Shown: positions 1 through 17,016 of the stretch, piece after piece
Layout: each line of letters starts with the position of its first letter
How positions within the stretch are numbered: position 1 is the stretch's first letter
NCBI RefSeq assembly: GCF_009914755.1
Contig: NC_060943.1
Strand: one strand, 5' to 3'
DNA from: the human T2T-CHM13v2.0 reference genome, Homo sapiens
DNA: 64,000 nt
Made by a program: the position numbers and the translations under genes
The notes under the pieces: model-generated
What the model was told of the DNA's origin: nothing
What the model saw: only the letters and a program-made list of their open reading frames with translations
Database searches by the model: none

Positions 1-1680
1 GTAACTGGACATGTGACCTTGGGCAAGTCACCCACTGACTCGAGTCTGGAGAGGCCACGGGGGGGGGATGCGCAGGGGGGACAAGACACCAGCATGGGGG
101 TGGGGGGCATCAGTACAACCCACATCTGGGGCAGGGCAGCTGGTGGCGGGGACAGGACGCGTCGCCAAGGAAACCGGTCATCATCCCAGCTGGAGACCGG
201 GCTCCATATTGAATTGTCTGCTCCCTGAAGCCAGAGGTGGCTGAGGGAGGGGATCTCCGGCTCCAGGACACAGGGAGGACGGGCACACAGCGGGGTAGAC
301 TCACGTGGCTTGGTGGTTTGGGGCACTGTACAGACTGTCGGGCACAGAGGGACATGGGATGGTCACTTGAATCGCCCATTGCTGCATCCTGGGGCGTCTT
401 CTTCTCCCTTGGGCATTGCCCAGCTGGTCTCCATCTCCTCTAGTTGCTCTTTGATCTCCTCCCTGGACCTTGGGGACCCCCCAGGAGCCTCCACATCCCT
501 CCCGTCCTGGTGCCACCCTGGCTTGTGTCTCTCCTGCCGTGCCGCCCCCAGCACTGCCGGCGTCCACTGGGATTCAGGGACCTTCCCTCCAGCTGTCCTG
601 AAGCCTGGGCCTGGTCTTCTGGTCCATCCTCCCTCCCAGCCAGCAGTGTATCCACTCGAAGGCCTCAGAGAGCCCAGTGGAGCCCGCGCCTCCCCTCCAG
701 TACCCACCCAAAGGCGTCCTCTCTCCCCCTTTCCTGGACTCAGAGCGGAGCTGGCCTCCTCATTGGGGAACAGAGTCCCAGGCAGCCGCCGCTTCACGCT
801 GTCCTGTGACTGTGAGTGGAGGCCAGCTCCTGGAGCTGCCTCTCTCTGGCCTCACGCAGCAGCTGCTCCCTGAATGGTGAATGGATGAGTCGGTTGCAGG
901 TCCGTGCTTCGGCGTTCATTCCTTCGTGACTCTCGGGACTGCGGCCCGGTGGGGACACAGGGCTCTGGGTCACTGCGTCCACTTGATAAACCAGGAACCT
1001 GATGTCCAGAGAGGCCAGGGTGCGCGTTCAAGGCCACTCGGCCCGCAGAGCCCACCCGCGTCCCCATGGCCGCAGTGGTGAGGGGAGCAGGGGGAGGCAG
1101 AGAGGAGCCCACCCTGGGGCTGGGCGGACATGGATGCGTAACCCACACCGCAGGCTTCTGCGGGGTGACACCCAGACTCACCCCAAGACCCTGCACACCC
1201 TACAGCTCTCACGTCTCACGTCCACACCGCGAGCCAGCTGCATCCCACACAGGGATGTCACACCAAGATCCGTTGCCTCATCCACCGCCCGTCCAAGGCC
1301 CCACAAGCTGACGCCGGTTTTCCCGCCCAGAACGGGAACAGCTTTCCTAACGGTCACAGGTTTCTTAGCTTCTCACTTGGGTGGGGTTTGGATGTGCAAG
1401 GCTGCCGACCCCCATCGTGGTTGAGCGCCCGTGCAGGCGCCACCCACCCACCCACAGCACCTCGCTCAGACTTCGCCCTCCACCCCGCCGGGACATTTGG
1501 GAAGCCTCAGGCAGCCCCACGCGGGCACACCCGATGGTGGACGGAGGCTGGCACCCTCAGCCCGCACGCGGCCAACGTCAGGCGCGCGCAGAGGCACCCA
1601 CGGGCCCGCCTTCAGGGGCGAGGCGGATGCTGCATCCTGAAGCCCTCCCTGTTACAAGCCCAGCCCCTCCAAAGGCCTCT

Positions 1681-1875
1681 GGATGAAGGGGAGGATGAAG
1701 GGGGAGAGAAGGAGGAGGAGGGGGAGAGGGAAGGAAGGGAAGTGAGGGAAGGAAGGGGAAGAGGGGAGGGAGGTAAAGAGAGGGAGGGAAGGAAAGGGAG
1801 GAAAAGAAAAGAGCAGAGAGGGGAGAGGGAGGGAGGGTGAGTGGAAAAGGAGGGGTGAGGAGGAGGAGAGGGGAT
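1681..1875. repeat. GA-rich low-complexity tract
   Basis: Nearly pure purine run. Confidence 0.85.
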
Positions 1876-4049
1876 GGTCCCCTCTTGGAGGGTGATGGGG
1901 GTTGACAGGTGGGCCCCAGCTTGGGTTGCAGCAATGAGTGAATTCAGGGCCCCTACTCAGCTACTGGCTTCCTGCTGAGGGCACTCGGGGAGCCCCAATG
2001 TCCCACCCGGCGCTCCAGGGCAGTGGCTACTGGTCTTCCGCAGCAGGGTCTTGCAGGCTGGGCTGAGACCCCCCCCCCATGCTCCACCACCCTCGTGTAG
2101 GACAACCCAGGAACATGTTAGTCACTGCACACTCACTCAGCCACTGCTATACCTCCGCTCTGTGCTGGGCCACAGAAAGATCTCAGGCCCCACGAGGCTA
2201 AAAGGAGGAACAGTGGCCCCTGGGAGTCCCAGAGGAGGGGCCCCGGGCTCCGCTGCGGGGGGAGGGAGGGACTTCCTGGGGAGAGGCCATTGCTCCTGGG
2301 CGTTGAGGAATGTGTAGGAGTTCTCTGGCTGGAGTGACCCAACTTTCTACTCTTGGCCCCAGTTTCTCCATTTCTCCCCTCTCCAGGAAGATCCTGAGAG
2401 AAAACCTGAGGCTCAAGGCCTTCCTTGAGGGAGGGGGAAACTTCGTGGTTGGAAGGCAAGTGTCGCCCAGAGCCCAGCTCCTCTCAGGGACCCCCAGATG
2501 GGAGCTGGGAGCCTCTTGTTAGCCCTGCCGTATTCATTCAGGACTTTTCTGGCTAGACCCTTCCCCACAGCCCAACCATGATCAAGACCATCTTACAGTT
2601 GGGGAAACTGAGGCTAAGATGGTCCAACACCAGGCAGGGCCCAAGAGGGCAGCAGGTCAGACCACCCTCTTGGGCCCCGGGGTGGTTGGCTGTCCCCAGC
2701 AACTTTTAGAAAGGCAGGAAGTGGGATAGAGCTGGTGTGTGTGGGCCAAATCCCAAGGGGTCTGCAGGAAACGCCTTCATCCGGAACTTGAGGGTCTCCC
2801 CCCAGTCCAGCCCCCTTTCCCCCGCATGAGACACAGCCTACAGCCCCCGCCCTTTCCTGGGTTGGGGCGGGGACGGCTGCCCTCTGCTGGACACAGCGGG
2901 AACAGCAGGGATAACTGAGCGAAGGGGCGGCCACATCCCCGGGACCTCCCCGCCCAGAGATTTCCTGATCCCACCTGCCCAGAAAAGAAAACGACCCTTG
3001 TTGATGCTGGGGGCGGCGGCGCAGGCCCAGGACGGTGCCCTGGGGCGGGAGGCTGGATGCTACAGTAAAGCCACCATGACTGCGTTTGCCGGGCTCCCTG
3101 TGCATGGGCTCAGATGTGGGCATGGGGTCTCCGTCTCTTCTAGTTGATCTCTGATCTCCTCCCAGGGCCCCGGGGACCCCCAGGAACCAGCCCCAGATCC
3201 TCCTCATCCTTAGATTCCAAAAAGACTGATAACCGTTGGGGAGATGGGATGGGTGGTGTACCTGGAGTCCTCAGATCAGAGCCTCTCGGGGGTGATTGCT
3301 CCTGGAATCAGGGCCTCAGTCCCCAGGGTCCTGGAGGAGGTGCAGGGCTGGCTGCATGGAGTGGGCATCCTGTCAGGACCCAAACCCTCACTCAATGGGG
3401 CCCCTGGACAGAGCAGGTGAATTGTTGTAAAAAGAAGGGGTGTGGCAGGGGTGACAGGGAGAGTTGTGGGATTAGACAAGGGGTGTTGGGGTAGCCTCGC
3501 AGGGAAGGAGATACCTGAGCAGAGACTAGAAGGAGCTGAGGGGGGCGGGAGGGGACTTGGGGAAGAGCAACCAGGCAGAGAGAACCGTCGTGCAAAGGAG
3601 CTGAGTGAGTGAGGCCAGCGGGGGAGGCCAGACAGAGAGGCGGCTGGTGGTGGATGGGGAGAGGGAAGCGGCTGGAAGAGCTCAGGAGCCCAGGAAGGAC
3701 TGGCCTGCACCGGGACATGCCTGAAGGGGGCGCACTGTCTTTACAAAGGAAGGGACTGAGGCCTCCAAGGGAATGGGACTCGCCTGGGGTCCCAGAGCAA
3801 GCTTGACAGCCTGGCCCCGCCCCACTCCTCCGCCAGCTTGGTGGCCAAGGTCTGTGTTGGGGGCCACTCTCTATCCCCCCGACTACAGGTCGGGAGCTGC
3901 TGGTGATGGAACCAGGGGCTGAGTATGCAGTGCTGGCCACATACTAGGAGAATCCCAGGATGGGGTTCAGCAGTGTTGATGAGGATAATGAAGGAAATCA
4001 GGGGGAGGTGAAGAAAACAGAGGAAGGGGGTGAGTAAAAGAAAGGTCAT

Positions 4050-4660
4050 GGAGGAGGTGTGGGGAGGTGGAAGGTGGAGGTGATGGAGGTGGTGATGGGG
4101 GTGGAAGGTGGAGACGATGGAGGAGGTGGCGGAGGTAGAGGTGGAGGTGGTGGAGGTGGAGGTGGTGGAGGTGGTGGAGGTGAAGGTGGAGGTGGTGGAG
4201 GTGAAGGTGGAGGAGGTAGAGGTAGAGGTGCTGGAGGTGGAGGTAATGGAGGTGGAAGTGGAGGTGGAGGTGATGGAGGTGGAGGTGGTGGAGGTGAAGG
4301 TGGAGGAGGTAGAGGTAGAGGTGCTGGAGGTGGAGGTAATGGAGGTGGAAGTGGAGGTGGAGGTGATGGTGGAGGTGGTGGAGGTGGAAGTGGAGGTGGA
4401 GGTGACGGTGGAGGTGGTGGAGTTGCTGGAGGTGGAGGTGGTGGAAGTGGAGGTGGAGGTGATGGAGGAGGAGATGCTGGAGGTGGAGGTGATGGAGATG
4501 GAGGTGGAGGTCGTGGCGGTGGAGGTGGTGAAGGAAGAGGTGCTGGAGGTGGAGGTGATGGAGGTGGAGGTGGTGAAGGAAGAGGTGATGAAGGAGGAGG
4601 TGGAGGTGCTGGAGGTGGTGGAGGAGGAGGAGGTGCTGGAGTTGGAGGTGATATGGAGGG
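4050..4660. repeat. (GGAGGT/GGT/GGA)n trinucleotide-based VNTR
   Basis: ~600 bp of degenerate triplets with a higher-order ~93-bp duplication. Confidence 0.95.
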
Positions 4661-5477
4661 TGTGATGGGATAGCACTGACATTGGTGGTGCAGGAGTGAT
4701 GGTGGAGGAGAGGACGGAGGTGGAGACCTCATTGGAGGCTGGTGGAGGTCGCGTGGCAGAGGTGGCAATGGTGGGCCCTGGCAGCATGAGGCTGGTGGTT
4801 GGTACCAGGGCCAAGTCCAGGGCTTCACCCCCGTCCCCACTCTGAACCCCATCAGTCCTTCTCTCCAAGTCTCAGTTTTCACTTCTGCACAAGGGGTCCA
4901 TAACCACCATGGCCTCTGGGTTGGCACAGGGGTGGCCTTTAGGATTGGTGTGGGGGTGAACTGATGTTGGGTGGGGTGCTGGCGGGGGTCAGGTGGCGGT
5001 GGTGATGGGTAGGGGACGCACAGAGGGGGCATCCAGGCGGCCCCCCTACTCCAACTCACACCTCTGTCAGCGGCTGTGGGGGATGGGAGCAATGACAAAG
5101 CTGCTCGCGGTAAACAGCTCCGACTGGATCGATCTGGGCTGTGAGGAGCTGTAATTAGATTGAACGCCGGGAAGGGGGGCAGCAGAGCCTCTTTTTGCTG
5201 CAATCGACAAAACGGGAAGTTTTTTCAGACTCTGCCTGGCCCGGCCCCTCCCCCAGCCTCTGCCTCTGGGGTCCCCATTAGGCACCAGATTGGAGCCTGG
5301 GAGGTGGGGTGGGAAAGGGACGATATGCATCCTACCTCCCTCCCCCATCTAGGCCAGTGGACTCTGTTTTCTGGGCTGCCCTATTGGGACTGGCTGGGCA
5401 AGCCTGAGGGGTGGCTCACATTCTCTGAGTAAATAAGGAGAAAACCCCCTGCCTTGTAGAATTATTGTAAGGATTGA

Positions 5478-6021
<544 letters not shown>

Positions 6022-6139
6022 TCAAGGCCCCGGTTGAGTTTTGACTCAGCTTTCCCTTTGAAAGAATGGAGGACTGGGTCCTCTCCTGTAATCCTCATAG
6101 GGTGGCCGAGTGCCAAAGAGGTGAGAGGTCAATTCAGTT

Positions 6140-8720
<2,581 letters not shown>

Positions 8721-9654
8721 AACCGCAGTTAGAAGCCCCACACATTCCAGGTCAGAGGGAGTGAAGTGTGCGTCAGCTCACACCCTAGACGGGCGAACCT
8801 GTTGTCCCCGAGACATGAGTCACGGCAGAAGGAACATTCATTTATTTCTGTGGACGTGTATGGACATTGATCTAGCATGTCATGTTCCAGGCTGTTCTGC
8901 AACCAAAAGAAAAGCTCTCTGTGCCATCCCAGTAGGCCACGACGGCTGGCACAGAGAAGAGACTGGGAGCAGAGACCCACTAGTACTACCTGCACCACCG
9001 GCCACTTCTGGGGGTCACAGAGTAGCTGGAACTCCGGGATGGAGACAAGGGCAGGACAGCCTCTTCAGCACCACAGTCCCAGTCTGGATGCAGGAGAGAA
9101 ATTGAGATTCTGATGGAGTTTCAAGCTGATGCCACAAATGAGCCCATCTGACTTGTGGCCCAGCTCCTAGGGGGGGGAAGCCTGTGTTTTGTACCCACTG
9201 ACACCCACTGCATTGAGGGGAGGGGTTCAATTCGCTGCTGGAGCAGGAAGAGCAGGACTCGGCTTCAGCCCTGCCCCATCACCCCGAGCCTTTGCTTTTC
9301 TCCCCTTTGCAAGTGTCTGGTCTGCAGGCCATGGGGCAGCCTCCTTCAGCCCTCTCCGTGATCTGTGCGGGCTGACCAAGAGGAAGGGTGACCTGCTCAT
9401 CTGGGAGAGGAAGAGGTGGTCCCTGCACTCTCCCCTCCTCCTCCAAAGTCTTCTTCCTTAGATGTTCTGCGCTCCAGAGGGTCCACTGGGTGCTCGAGGG
9501 AGGCCAAGTCTGGGTGGTCTCAGCCTGTGGATAGGGGCAGGAGCAGGAGGCAGGGATTCAGATGTCAGAATTGGGCTGTGGACTCACAGGGTCCCTAAGG
9601 GTATCAGGCCTTACAGGAGTGTCGCTGCTGCTCATTCGTAGAGCTTGGTTGTCA

Positions 9655-9800
9655 CAGCCAGTTGCCATGGCACACACCTGTAATCCCAGTGCTTTGGGAG
9701 GCTGAGGCCAGAGGATCACTTGAGGCCAGGCGTTCGAGACCAGCCTGGGCAACATAGCAAGACTTCCCCTCCGCAAAAAAAAAAGAAAAGAAAGAAAGGA
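9655..9800 (+). mobile_element. Alu monomer (FLAM-like)
   Basis: Left-arm sequence with A-rich tail. Confidence 0.8.
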
Positions 9801-10414
9801 AAGGCCCTGGTTAGCCCACCATTTCTGGGGAAGGCTGCTGGGTTTTGTGATGCACCCCAGGACCTAGTAATTAACCAGTTATTTCACCCAAGTCTACACT
9901 GAGCCAAAAACTCTCATGTGCAGTTTCCATGTCATTTCCCCAACACCCCCAGGTTGGGGCTGCAGAAAGGAGAGGAGAAAGTTACCAATATCAATTTCTG
10001 TGGTCCTTTAGGTAGGGAGCGTTTGAGGGTAGGACGGGGTTTGGGGGGTATGAGGCTTGGGGGGTGCCTGAGTGGGCTCCATGGAGAAGGGGGCTGGAGG
10101 GGGTGGTAGCCATGCCTGCAGAGGGGCACTCACACTGTGTCCCCTTCTTTGTCCTCCCCCCACCCCCACCGCATCTGCTTTCCCTGCCTGTCCTCGCCTT
10201 CCATTCTGTCTCCACCGCCCTCTGGCTGCATCCTGGACTTTCCTGTTGTCTCCCTGTTGACCTTGCTGTTTCCCTGTCTCTGTCTCTGTGCGTCCCTGTG
10301 TTCCCCGCTGTCTCCCCCTCCGCCTCTCCCTGCATTCTTGTTGCTTCTGGGCTCTCCCTGGGACCTTATGTGCATTCGCCTTTCCCCAACGTGTCCCTTC
10401 TCCCCTCCTCCTCA

Positions 10415-10900
10415 TCCTCCGGGCGGCGTGCGCCTCCTGCCTCTCCCCGGCCGGCCACACGGTGGCGCTGTGTCCCGCTCGCCCGCCCGCCCGCCGCTCG
10501 CCCGCAGCCTGCAAGCGCAAGGAACAGGAGCAGCAGAAGGAGCGCGCCCTGCAGCCCAAGAAGCAGCGCCTGGTGTTCACCGACCTGCAGCGACGCACGC
10601 TGATCGCCATCTTCAAGGAGAACAAGCGGCCGTCCAAGGAGATGCAGGTCACCATCTCGCAGCAGCTCGGCTTGGAGCTCAACACCGTCAGCAACTTCTT
10701 CATGAACGCGCGGCGCCGCTGCATGAACCGCTGGGCTGAGGAGCCCAGCACGGCCCCCGGGGGCCCCGCCGGCGCCACGGCCACTTTCTCCAAGGCCTGA
10801 GGCGCCCCGGCCCCGCGCCCTCCCTGCCTCCACGGCCTGGGCGCTGTGCCCCCACGTCACCTCCCCACATCCTGCCGGCCCGGAGACCCGCCCCCAGGGG
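10415..10900. promoter_or_regulatory. CpG island over ONECUT3 last exon
   Basis: Very high GC and CpG density; CpG-rich sequence continues to ~12100. Confidence 0.7.
10508..10800 (+). CDS. ONECUT3: ONECUT3 last coding exon (atypical homeodomain and C-terminus); CUT-domain exon lies upstream of the window
   Basis: Polypyrimidine tract and ccgcag acceptor, then ACKRKEQEQQKERALQPKKQRLVFTDLQRRTLIAIFKENKRPSKEMQVTISQQLGLELNTVSNFFMNARRR...FSKA-TGA. F48/M50 homeodomain is diagnostic of the ONECUT class. Confidence 0.97.
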
Positions 10901-12375
10901 GCACCTGGAGGGGGTGCTATCCGGGCCCCCCACACCCGGGGAGGGGGAAGCAGCACACCCCCCAGCCCAAGTGCACAAAAAGGGCCCCCCTTCCTCCCTC
11001 CATGCCCACTCCCTCCAGGCCAAAGGAAGCCCTCCACCCCCCCCCGGAGGGGAGGGAGTGACAGAAAGGGGTTTCCCAGCCCCCTCTCCATTCAGGACGC
11101 CCAGAGGGCCTCGAGAAAAACCAGGGCTCACTGTGTTGTCCCCTAAAGCGGGTCAAGAAGCACATACTAGAAATATAAACCGGGTATTTAAAAATGGAAT
11201 TTTAAAGAATAACCCCTCCTCCGTCAGATCCCCTGCCCCACCGAGGGAGGTAGTAGAAAACTTCCTTCCTCCCCACCCGCCCCGGCCCCCTCCCCAGGGA
11301 CCTCAGCCCTTTCCAAAGTCGCCAAAAACCCACATCAAGCCGGATCCTTACGGTCCCACACCCTCTCCAAAACCAACCCCACCCGCTGGCAGGACGGCCC
11401 CTGCGGCCGAGAACTGAGCTGCCCCTCTCTGCGGCCAGGATTCCTCGTGCCAAGAATCGCCTGCCTTAAAGTCTGGGGAGGGGCCTGCGGCGGGCGCCCA
11501 GCACCTACGGGCGAGCACCCTTCCCACCCCATCCCAGGCCGCAGGGGACGGGGGGCTCCCACGTGCGGGTAAATTCCAGACGCCCCCGCCCCGCCCCGTC
11601 TGTTGAGTTCACTTTACCTTTAGGCACCTTCGTGGAGCGCAAGGAAGGACGCAGCTCCGGACACGGGAGACCACGCCCAGGCTCCCAGGAGAAGGGGACC
11701 CGGCCGGAGAAGGCGCCGCTGGGGCCGCCCGGAGGAGCCCCTCTGCACGGGCCCGTGGAGACGCTTCCTGCGTGGAACCTTCTGGAATCCACCGCCCCCC
11801 TTTCCGCCCGCGTCAGGGTCTGAACTGGGCTTGCAGGGGGGCAGCGGGGTTGAACGTGGTGTTGGTTTCCACTCTCGCCAAAGAGAGAAGACGCCGAGGA
11901 AGGTGGATTCCGCTTGCTCCATTTTTTGCCAAAAATATTTACAAATGGGAAGGGTCGGAAATGAAGATGAGCGCCCCCCTCCCACCCCGCGCTCTCCCCC
12001 GCTCCTCTCATCTGGTCTGGGTGACCTCCGAGACTGGCCGGCCGCGGGATCCCAGGAGCCCGCCTCCTCCGGGGGTTCAAGATCCGAGTCCAGAAGGAAC
12101 CTCCTCCCTGAAATCCCCCCACTCATCGGCTGCCTCCCAGGGAGGAGGCGGCCCCCCTACCCCCCTTGAAAATGCAAAAGACATTTCTAGTGAAATGCCC
12201 CTCCCCTCCCCCAGGTAAAGGCTACCTCACTCAAGCTCATGTCTGTGATTGGAAAATCACGCCTGATACCAAAGATTTCTCCCAAGGATTTGTGCTGGAT
12301 GACAGGATTCCCTGGCCTGGGACCCGGCTCGGGGCCCCGCCTGCCGAGTGCCACCCCTTCCCGAACCTGAGAGCG

Positions 12376-12838
12376 AAAGAGAGAGAGAGAGAGAGGGAGA
12401 GAGAGGGAGAGAAAGGGAGAGAGGGAGGGAGAGGATCGTGAGGTCGATGAGTGCCTTCTTCTTGAACCAAAGACGTGTATGGAGTGTTCTCTTGTCCTTA
12501 TCGACTTGCTCTGCTCCCAGCTTTCCAAGCGACCGGATCTGAGTGATGCTTCTAGAACATTTGGGTGTTGGGGGGTTCCCAATAGTAGAAAGGGTCCCCA
12601 TTCCTGCTCAGCACCGCACCTCTCTACCCCCCCACAGACACACATGCAGACACACACATGCAGACAACACGCAGACACACACATGCAGGCACTCACATGC
12701 AGGCCCATGCACACACACGTGCACACACATGCAGAGACATGCAGACACGCAGGCACACATGCACACATGCAAAGACACGCATGCAGGCACACGCAGAGAC
12801 ACACATGCAGATACACATGCACACACACATACACACAC
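12376..12838. repeat. (GA)n at 12376-12431 and (CACATG/CA)n at 12637-12838
   Basis: Simple repeats in ONECUT3 3' UTR. Confidence 0.9.
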
Positions 12839-13055
12839 TGGCCCGTTTTTCTGTGGTGTCACTGGGTGCCAGCAACTCGGTATCTCCCACCTCCCACTAA
12901 AACCTGGGCCTTAATTTCTCTCCCGTCCCCACCCCTAAATTCCTGATGGATGAACCTAGAGCTGTCCTGTCCACTCCAGGCCGGACTGACGTAGCCTATG
13001 GGCCCAGCAGGTCCAGGGCCCACGTTTTAATTTCTTTTTAAAAAGCTTTAGGTCT

Positions 13056-13360
<305 letters not shown>

Positions 13361-13454
13361 CAAACTTTAAGTCCAAGAAGATGCAGCCCATTCAACATAC
13401 CATATTATTTGTCTTTATACCAAGGTAGCCTATAGATATACAATGTTTTAAATT

Positions 13455-13730
<276 letters not shown>

Positions 13731-14211
13731 GATAGACATTTAGTGGAGGAAGAGGCTCTCAAAGGCAATAAAATGCTTCTGATCCAAGAGAATCACGCTG
13801 CAGCCCTGGCCCAGTGAGCTTCTTAGAAAATCGATGCCTGGGCTTCAGGCACTGGCCGGAGCACGGGCCTGGCGGGGTGCTGGGTCTCCTAGATGCCCTC
13901 TGCTTGGCCTTCAAGGCCCCAAGGGTAACACGCTAGGGGGCCTCCAGTTTTGTCCCCTGCTGGAAATTTAGGACTTGGCTTGGGATCGTTCTGGTTGTGG
14001 AATGTTTTAGCTATGCTGAACTGTGGTCAGATCAGGTCAAGCCTCTTGGTCACAGAAGTGGCCCAGCAGCACTTTGGGAGGCCGAGACAGGAGGATCGCT
14101 TGAGGCCAGGAGTTTGAGACCAGCCTGGGCAACACAGCAAGACCCCACTTCTACAAAAAAAAATAAATAAAGTGGCCCAGGACTCCTGGATCCTTTTCAG
14201 ATATCTTCGTA

Positions 14212-14212
<1 letters not shown>

Positions 14213-14258
<46 letters not shown>
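14213..14258. repeat. (CA)n microsatellite
   Basis: Perfect dinucleotide run. Confidence 0.97.
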
Positions 14259-14261
<3 letters not shown>

Positions 14262-16387
14262 CTACCTGTTTCCGGACCCCACCCCAAACTTGGCCAGACC
14301 CCCACAGAAGGCTCTATCCCCGACCTGCCCGCCGGCCCCTCAGGCCCTCTCCTGCCTCCCCGCATGCCCACTTGGCTGTCACATACCAAAGAGCATGCGT
14401 TCTCCATGCAGGGATCAACACCTCCAGCACAATTCCTTCGAGCCTTTGACAATTTTCTCTGAAATACCTCAAAATATTTAATGTATAGTTTATGTGATTA
14501 AAAAAAAATCCTTAGCTAGTTTTTGGAATACGTGACTTGAAGCTTTATACCGTTAAATTATAATTTTGCAGACGATGGCATGTCGTTTCTTTGACGAGTT
14601 CCGTGGGAGACGCATTGAATGTCAGGGCTGGAGACCAGAGGGAAAGTTAGAGGGAGCGTGATCGCGAGAGAGACTGCGGCAGAAAGGACCAGTGGCGTTT
14701 ACAGATTTCTTATTTAAATGAGTCCTTTAGGAAAGAAAGGAAGAGAGAGAGAGAGCGAGAGCAAGAGAGAGAGAGAGGGAGAGAGAGGGAGAGGGAGAGA
14801 GAGAGGCAGAGGTATACCTTTCTGTTCTCTGGCTTGTTCTGTTTCTTGTTTTCTGGAGTCATGTCTTATAAGAGTATTTATTATTCTCTGTGTTCTGTGT
14901 TCAAATGTAATTTAAGAAAAAAAAAGGAAGAAAAATGCAAAAAAAAAAGACAAAATGGAATTTGAGTTGGTGCATGACTAATGTACTCTTTCTTGACGCT
15001 AATTGTAATAAAGTGGTCAGGGTGGGGGGCGGGGGGCGTGGCCCGGTTCCGTGTCGCATCTGTGTGTCTGGTGCCTGATCGGTGCTGTTCAGTGGTTTTT
15101 CGTTACTGTTTCTTTCCTCCTTTCTAAGGAACTGTGTCCAGCCGGGACAGGTGGACGGGGCCCCAGGTAGAGGGGGCGGGAACAGAGCCTCAGTAGCCGG
15201 GTCTCCTCCACCTGCCTGTCCATCTCCACCCGAGATGCCACCTGCCTGCCCCAGCCAGGCGGGAGCCACCGAGCGTCCCCCCCTCAGTTCCTGGTTCTTG
15301 GGGGCACTCTGGTGTCATCGATATCTTAGACCCCCCCCAACCCCCCATCACCCGGTTGCTTTCACTCTAGCATGAATTCCCAAGTGTCTTGTTCAGAGGA
15401 GACAGACAATCAGCCTATTCTTGTCTTGTTGCCCAGGGTGGTGGGGGACGGGAGTGTGCCCCAACTTCCTGAGATCTGAAGGACCCTCCTGAGGGCCCCA
15501 ACAGCAGGCACCAGCACCCCCTCCCCCCCCACCTCCACCCAGACAGCCTCGGCCTCCCTCCCTGGGCTGGGCATGAGTCCGCCTTTCTGTCCAGCCCGGG
15601 AGGCAGGGGGTGTACGCCTGCAGAGACCCCTCCCTCCCAGCCCACTTTCGGAGCCTACAGAACAGAGGACTCCCCAAAATCATCAAAGGGGGCTCTGGGA
15701 CAATGTCCTCTGCCTCTGACTCCTCTTGTGCCATGAGGCCACGTCCCTGAGCCATCCCCAGATAGTCCCTGGAGGTGGAAAGGGGCACAGATGTGCCAGC
15801 TTGGGAACAGAGGCTGGAGGAGAGGGCGGCAGGGGAGAGATGAGAGGGGCCGCTTTTGGGACAGGCCCCAGTAGGGGGGGGCGGGGTAGCTAAACGGGGT
15901 GCTTCTCACCCCATAAAGCAGCAAGCCCTGGTCTGGAGGGCTGGGCCTGGGGCTGAGGGCTCAGCTGACCTCAAATCTGAAATGATGCCGGGGCCAGGAT
16001 GCTCCTTGCACCAGCAGGAGCTTGGGCCATTTCACATTCTCTGCCCCAAGCGGTTTAAGCAAAATCAGGCCAGTAGACTCCTGGGGCTCCTCCTCGTGGC
16101 CCTGTCAGACCACGCAGGGGCTGGTTTTGGTGGAATGAGCTCAGCCGGGGGTGACGGAAGAGCCAGGAGGCCCTGCGGCCTTGAGTGTTTTGAATAGACT
16201 GGAACTGAGGGCTGCTTTCAGGGGAGACACCACTTGGACCCTCCAAAGTCCCCTCCCCTCCAGGGACAGGGGAGAGAAGCCCTTTTCCACCTTCACCCTT
16301 GGGCGACAGGCTTAAAAGCTAAAAAAAAAAAAAAATCTCGTCATTGTTAACCATTGCTGTGCTGGGTTTGTTGATTTGTTTTTCTTC

Positions 16388-16393
16388 AATAAA
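16388..16393 (+). terminator. ONECUT3: Distal poly(A) signal of ONECUT3
   Basis: AATAAA with U-rich upstream and gtgtgtgtt downstream element. Confidence 0.65.
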
Positions 16394-16662
16394 TTATTTT
16401 CTAGTCACTCACCTGGGCGTGTGTGTTAGCTGACGGGTCGGGCACAGATAGGGGGCGGGAATGGAACTCGCCCACCTCGAGGCTGGGGAGGGAGGACCGG
16501 AGTGCAGGGAAGACGGACTTTGCTTCCACCCAGCTCGCCCCTCTCTGCTCTGAGTCCCGTCTTCTTCCTGGGCCAGTGGCCAGCTCTGAGCCTCCACAAT
16601 CCACACAACTCCACCACCCACACAAGTCCACCACCCACAGGGAATGGTAAGAATCAGAAAGA

Positions 16663-17016
<354 letters not shown>

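Noticed and set aside
3741-5203. Long ORFs (375, 385, 204, 185 aa) resembling mucin, formin or glycine-rich proteins
   Set aside because: All are translations of the GGA/GGT VNTR, with no splice or domain support.
9661-9674. RFX X-box-like GTTGCCATGGCACA
   Set aside because: Imperfect second half site at the 5' end of a decayed Alu monomer; likely chance.
16321-16335. A15 tract as the ONECUT3 3' end
   Set aside because: Genomic A-run that would cause internal priming; the AATAAA lies just downstream.
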